Shown here: piece after piece, positions 48,709 to 64,000 of the stretch | Numbering within the stretch: the stretch's first letter is position 1 | How the letters are laid out: every line of letters begins with the position of its first letter | Assembly: GCF_009914755.1 (NCBI RefSeq) | Contig: NC_060941.1 | DNA: 64,000 nucleotides | DNA from: the human T2T-CHM13v2.0 reference genome, Homo sapiens | Strand: one strand, 5' to 3' | Program-made: the position numbers and the translations under genes | The notes under the pieces: model-generated | Told to the model about the DNA's origin: nothing | Database searches by the model: none | Seen by the model: the letters and a program-made list of their open reading frames with translations, nothing else

Positions 48709-50367
48709 AAGCACATCCCTTGCCACCCTCCCACCTTAAAAGTTTTCAGTATCAAAAGAAGCTAGCGCAGGCCACCCGAGTCCCTGAGGTTGGAGTCCTA
48801 GCATAGCTCCCCTCCCTCAAAGAGGGACAAGGGGTCAGGGGCAGAGCAAAAATCCAGTCTGCTTCAACCACGGAGACTGCCTTTGGGATGGAAAGTTTCT
48901 GGAGCTCCCTCCATTCTATTCCTGTGGGGCAGGAACATGCCAGGGCTGCTGGTAAATGGCAGGGGTCACCTTTACCAGGGCGCAGGCATAGTGTGGCCCC
49001 TGCCTGCCCTGGGGCCACCCTGGAACAGTAAGACCCTCTGGGAAGGGAAGAAACCAGACCCAGCCATAAGCTTTCTCCCCTTCTCCCTCAAATCGCCCCT
49101 TCCTCCTCCCCAAAATCAGGCTATGGCAAAGGGGCTGGCAGCAGGGGAATGGAGGTTTTGGAGGGGAAGGCCAGCCATGCGAAGGCAAGGAGAAAAGGAG
49201 GATGGAGAGAGCCCCAGCCATCCCCATTTTCCTTCCTCTGCCTCCGAGGGGCTGCTTCTGGAGGGCACTGTTGTGTGGGGACCCTGTGAGGTTTGCAGGA
49301 GGCGGGCAAAGGGGCACCAGACAGGGAACATGCACACAGGCAGCCTGGCCATGGAGAGCTCCTGGCTGTCCGCCCAGGTGGCGCCTTGGGCAGAGCTGGC
49401 GCTCCACAAGTGATTATTGATGGTGACAGGATTCCCTCATCCTGCTCCAACCTCTCAACTGTGGACACATTCACCGGCAGTCACTCATCTCACATGCCCA
49501 CCAGCACGCGCACACACGTTCCCCTAACCCACGCTAACACACCCACCCCCTGCACACACACACTTTGAAGCCACACCTCTTCCCCGACAACACCCGTCTC
49601 CACACTGCGCACCTAGGCCTGAGCTCACACACACCCAGGCCCATGCTCACGGCCCTGTCACCTATGCACTCAGCCTGGCCCACACTCCCGACACACGGTG
49701 GCAGGCTCTCAACCAGACAGCAGCACAGGATCCTTGCCCTGGGCTTGCTGGAGCCCTGGCCCTGAAAGGGAGTATGGTGAGGCCTCCTGGGAACCTGGCT
49801 AGGGCAATGGTCAGGGTGAAACTCCTTCCCAATCCCAGCAGCTTGGTCCCTCAAGATCCCATGGGGAGAATCGCCGTGAACCTTGGCTGGCCAAAGAACA
49901 AGCATCCAGCACCACCTAGTGGTGTCCTGGAGGAGGGTGGGGGGTGGTAACAGAAGGGGACCCCCTGTATCCCTAAGGCCTGTGGTCCCTGGTCTCCCAG
50001 GTAGACAGAGGGCTTCAGGACCCAGCCAGGCAGCTGGGGATGTGGGGAGGAGGCTGATGGGGAGGAAACAGGCAGCTGTCCTCCCGGTAGAGCTAAGAGC
50101 ACACTCAGTTCCACCCCAGTTCAGCTCCAGGAGGTAGAGGGGCTGCCCACTCTCGAGTCCCAGATGCTGGGAGGCCTTCCCTAGAACAGACTCCAAGGCT
50201 GGTGAGGGCCAACAGGGGGTGGGCTGGCCACATGATTCTGGGCCCACATCCTTCATGTCCAAGTTCAAGAAGTTGAAAAGAGAAAATCATCTCAAGGGTT
50301 GAGGGGAGAAGGGAGGCCAGCAGGGCGGGGGCAGGATCCCCACTGGGGCAGACTCGCTCCAAGGTCT

Positions 50368-63585
<13,218 letters not shown>

Positions 63586-63802
63586 CTGAAACAGACAAAT
63601 GTGGCCTGGTGAACTCCCCAGCACAGAGAGGAAAGAGAGAGCATGAATGGGGTCCAAGCGCAAATGTAGGCCAAGAGGGCCTGTAAGTTGGAGAGAACCA
63701 GGAGAAATCTCAAAATTCTAGCTTCCCCTTTGAATGAATGAGAGATGATGAGATGTACACATAGGGGAAGGTGTATGTACGTATGTATGCATATTTTAGT
63801 GA

Positions 63803-64000
<198 letters not shown>

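Overview
Human (primate) genomic DNA recognisable as the gene-dense 17q12 region next to ERBB2. It holds four complete + strand genes whose exons I joined by GT-AG boundaries and frame: PPP1R1B (DARPP-32, 204 aa), STARD3 (MLN64, 445 aa), TCAP (telethonin, 167 aa) and PNMT (282 aa). It also holds exons 2-8 of PGAP3 on the - strand; exon 1 lies beyond the right edge. There are three CpG-island promoters, about 25 Alus (two nested Alu-in-Alu insertions), a FAM, and MIR, L2, L1, MaLR and ERV-LTR remnants. I found no new multi-gene system. The best unexplained structures are: (1) a strong-Kozak uORF (MEQPCC*) formed only by splicing across the 16-kb STARD3 intron 1, in frame with STARD3 and separated from it by a single TGA; (2) a ~200-bp templated local copy inserted inside a FAM, with a fold-back junction and a 9-bp duplication; (3) a stop-free frame through the last PPP1R1B intron and 3'UTR; (4) a palindrome hiding a decoy AG before the STARD3 FFAT exon; (5) homeodomain, MEF2 and CTCF motif clusters. 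Repeat subfamily names and all motif functions are by-eye calls.
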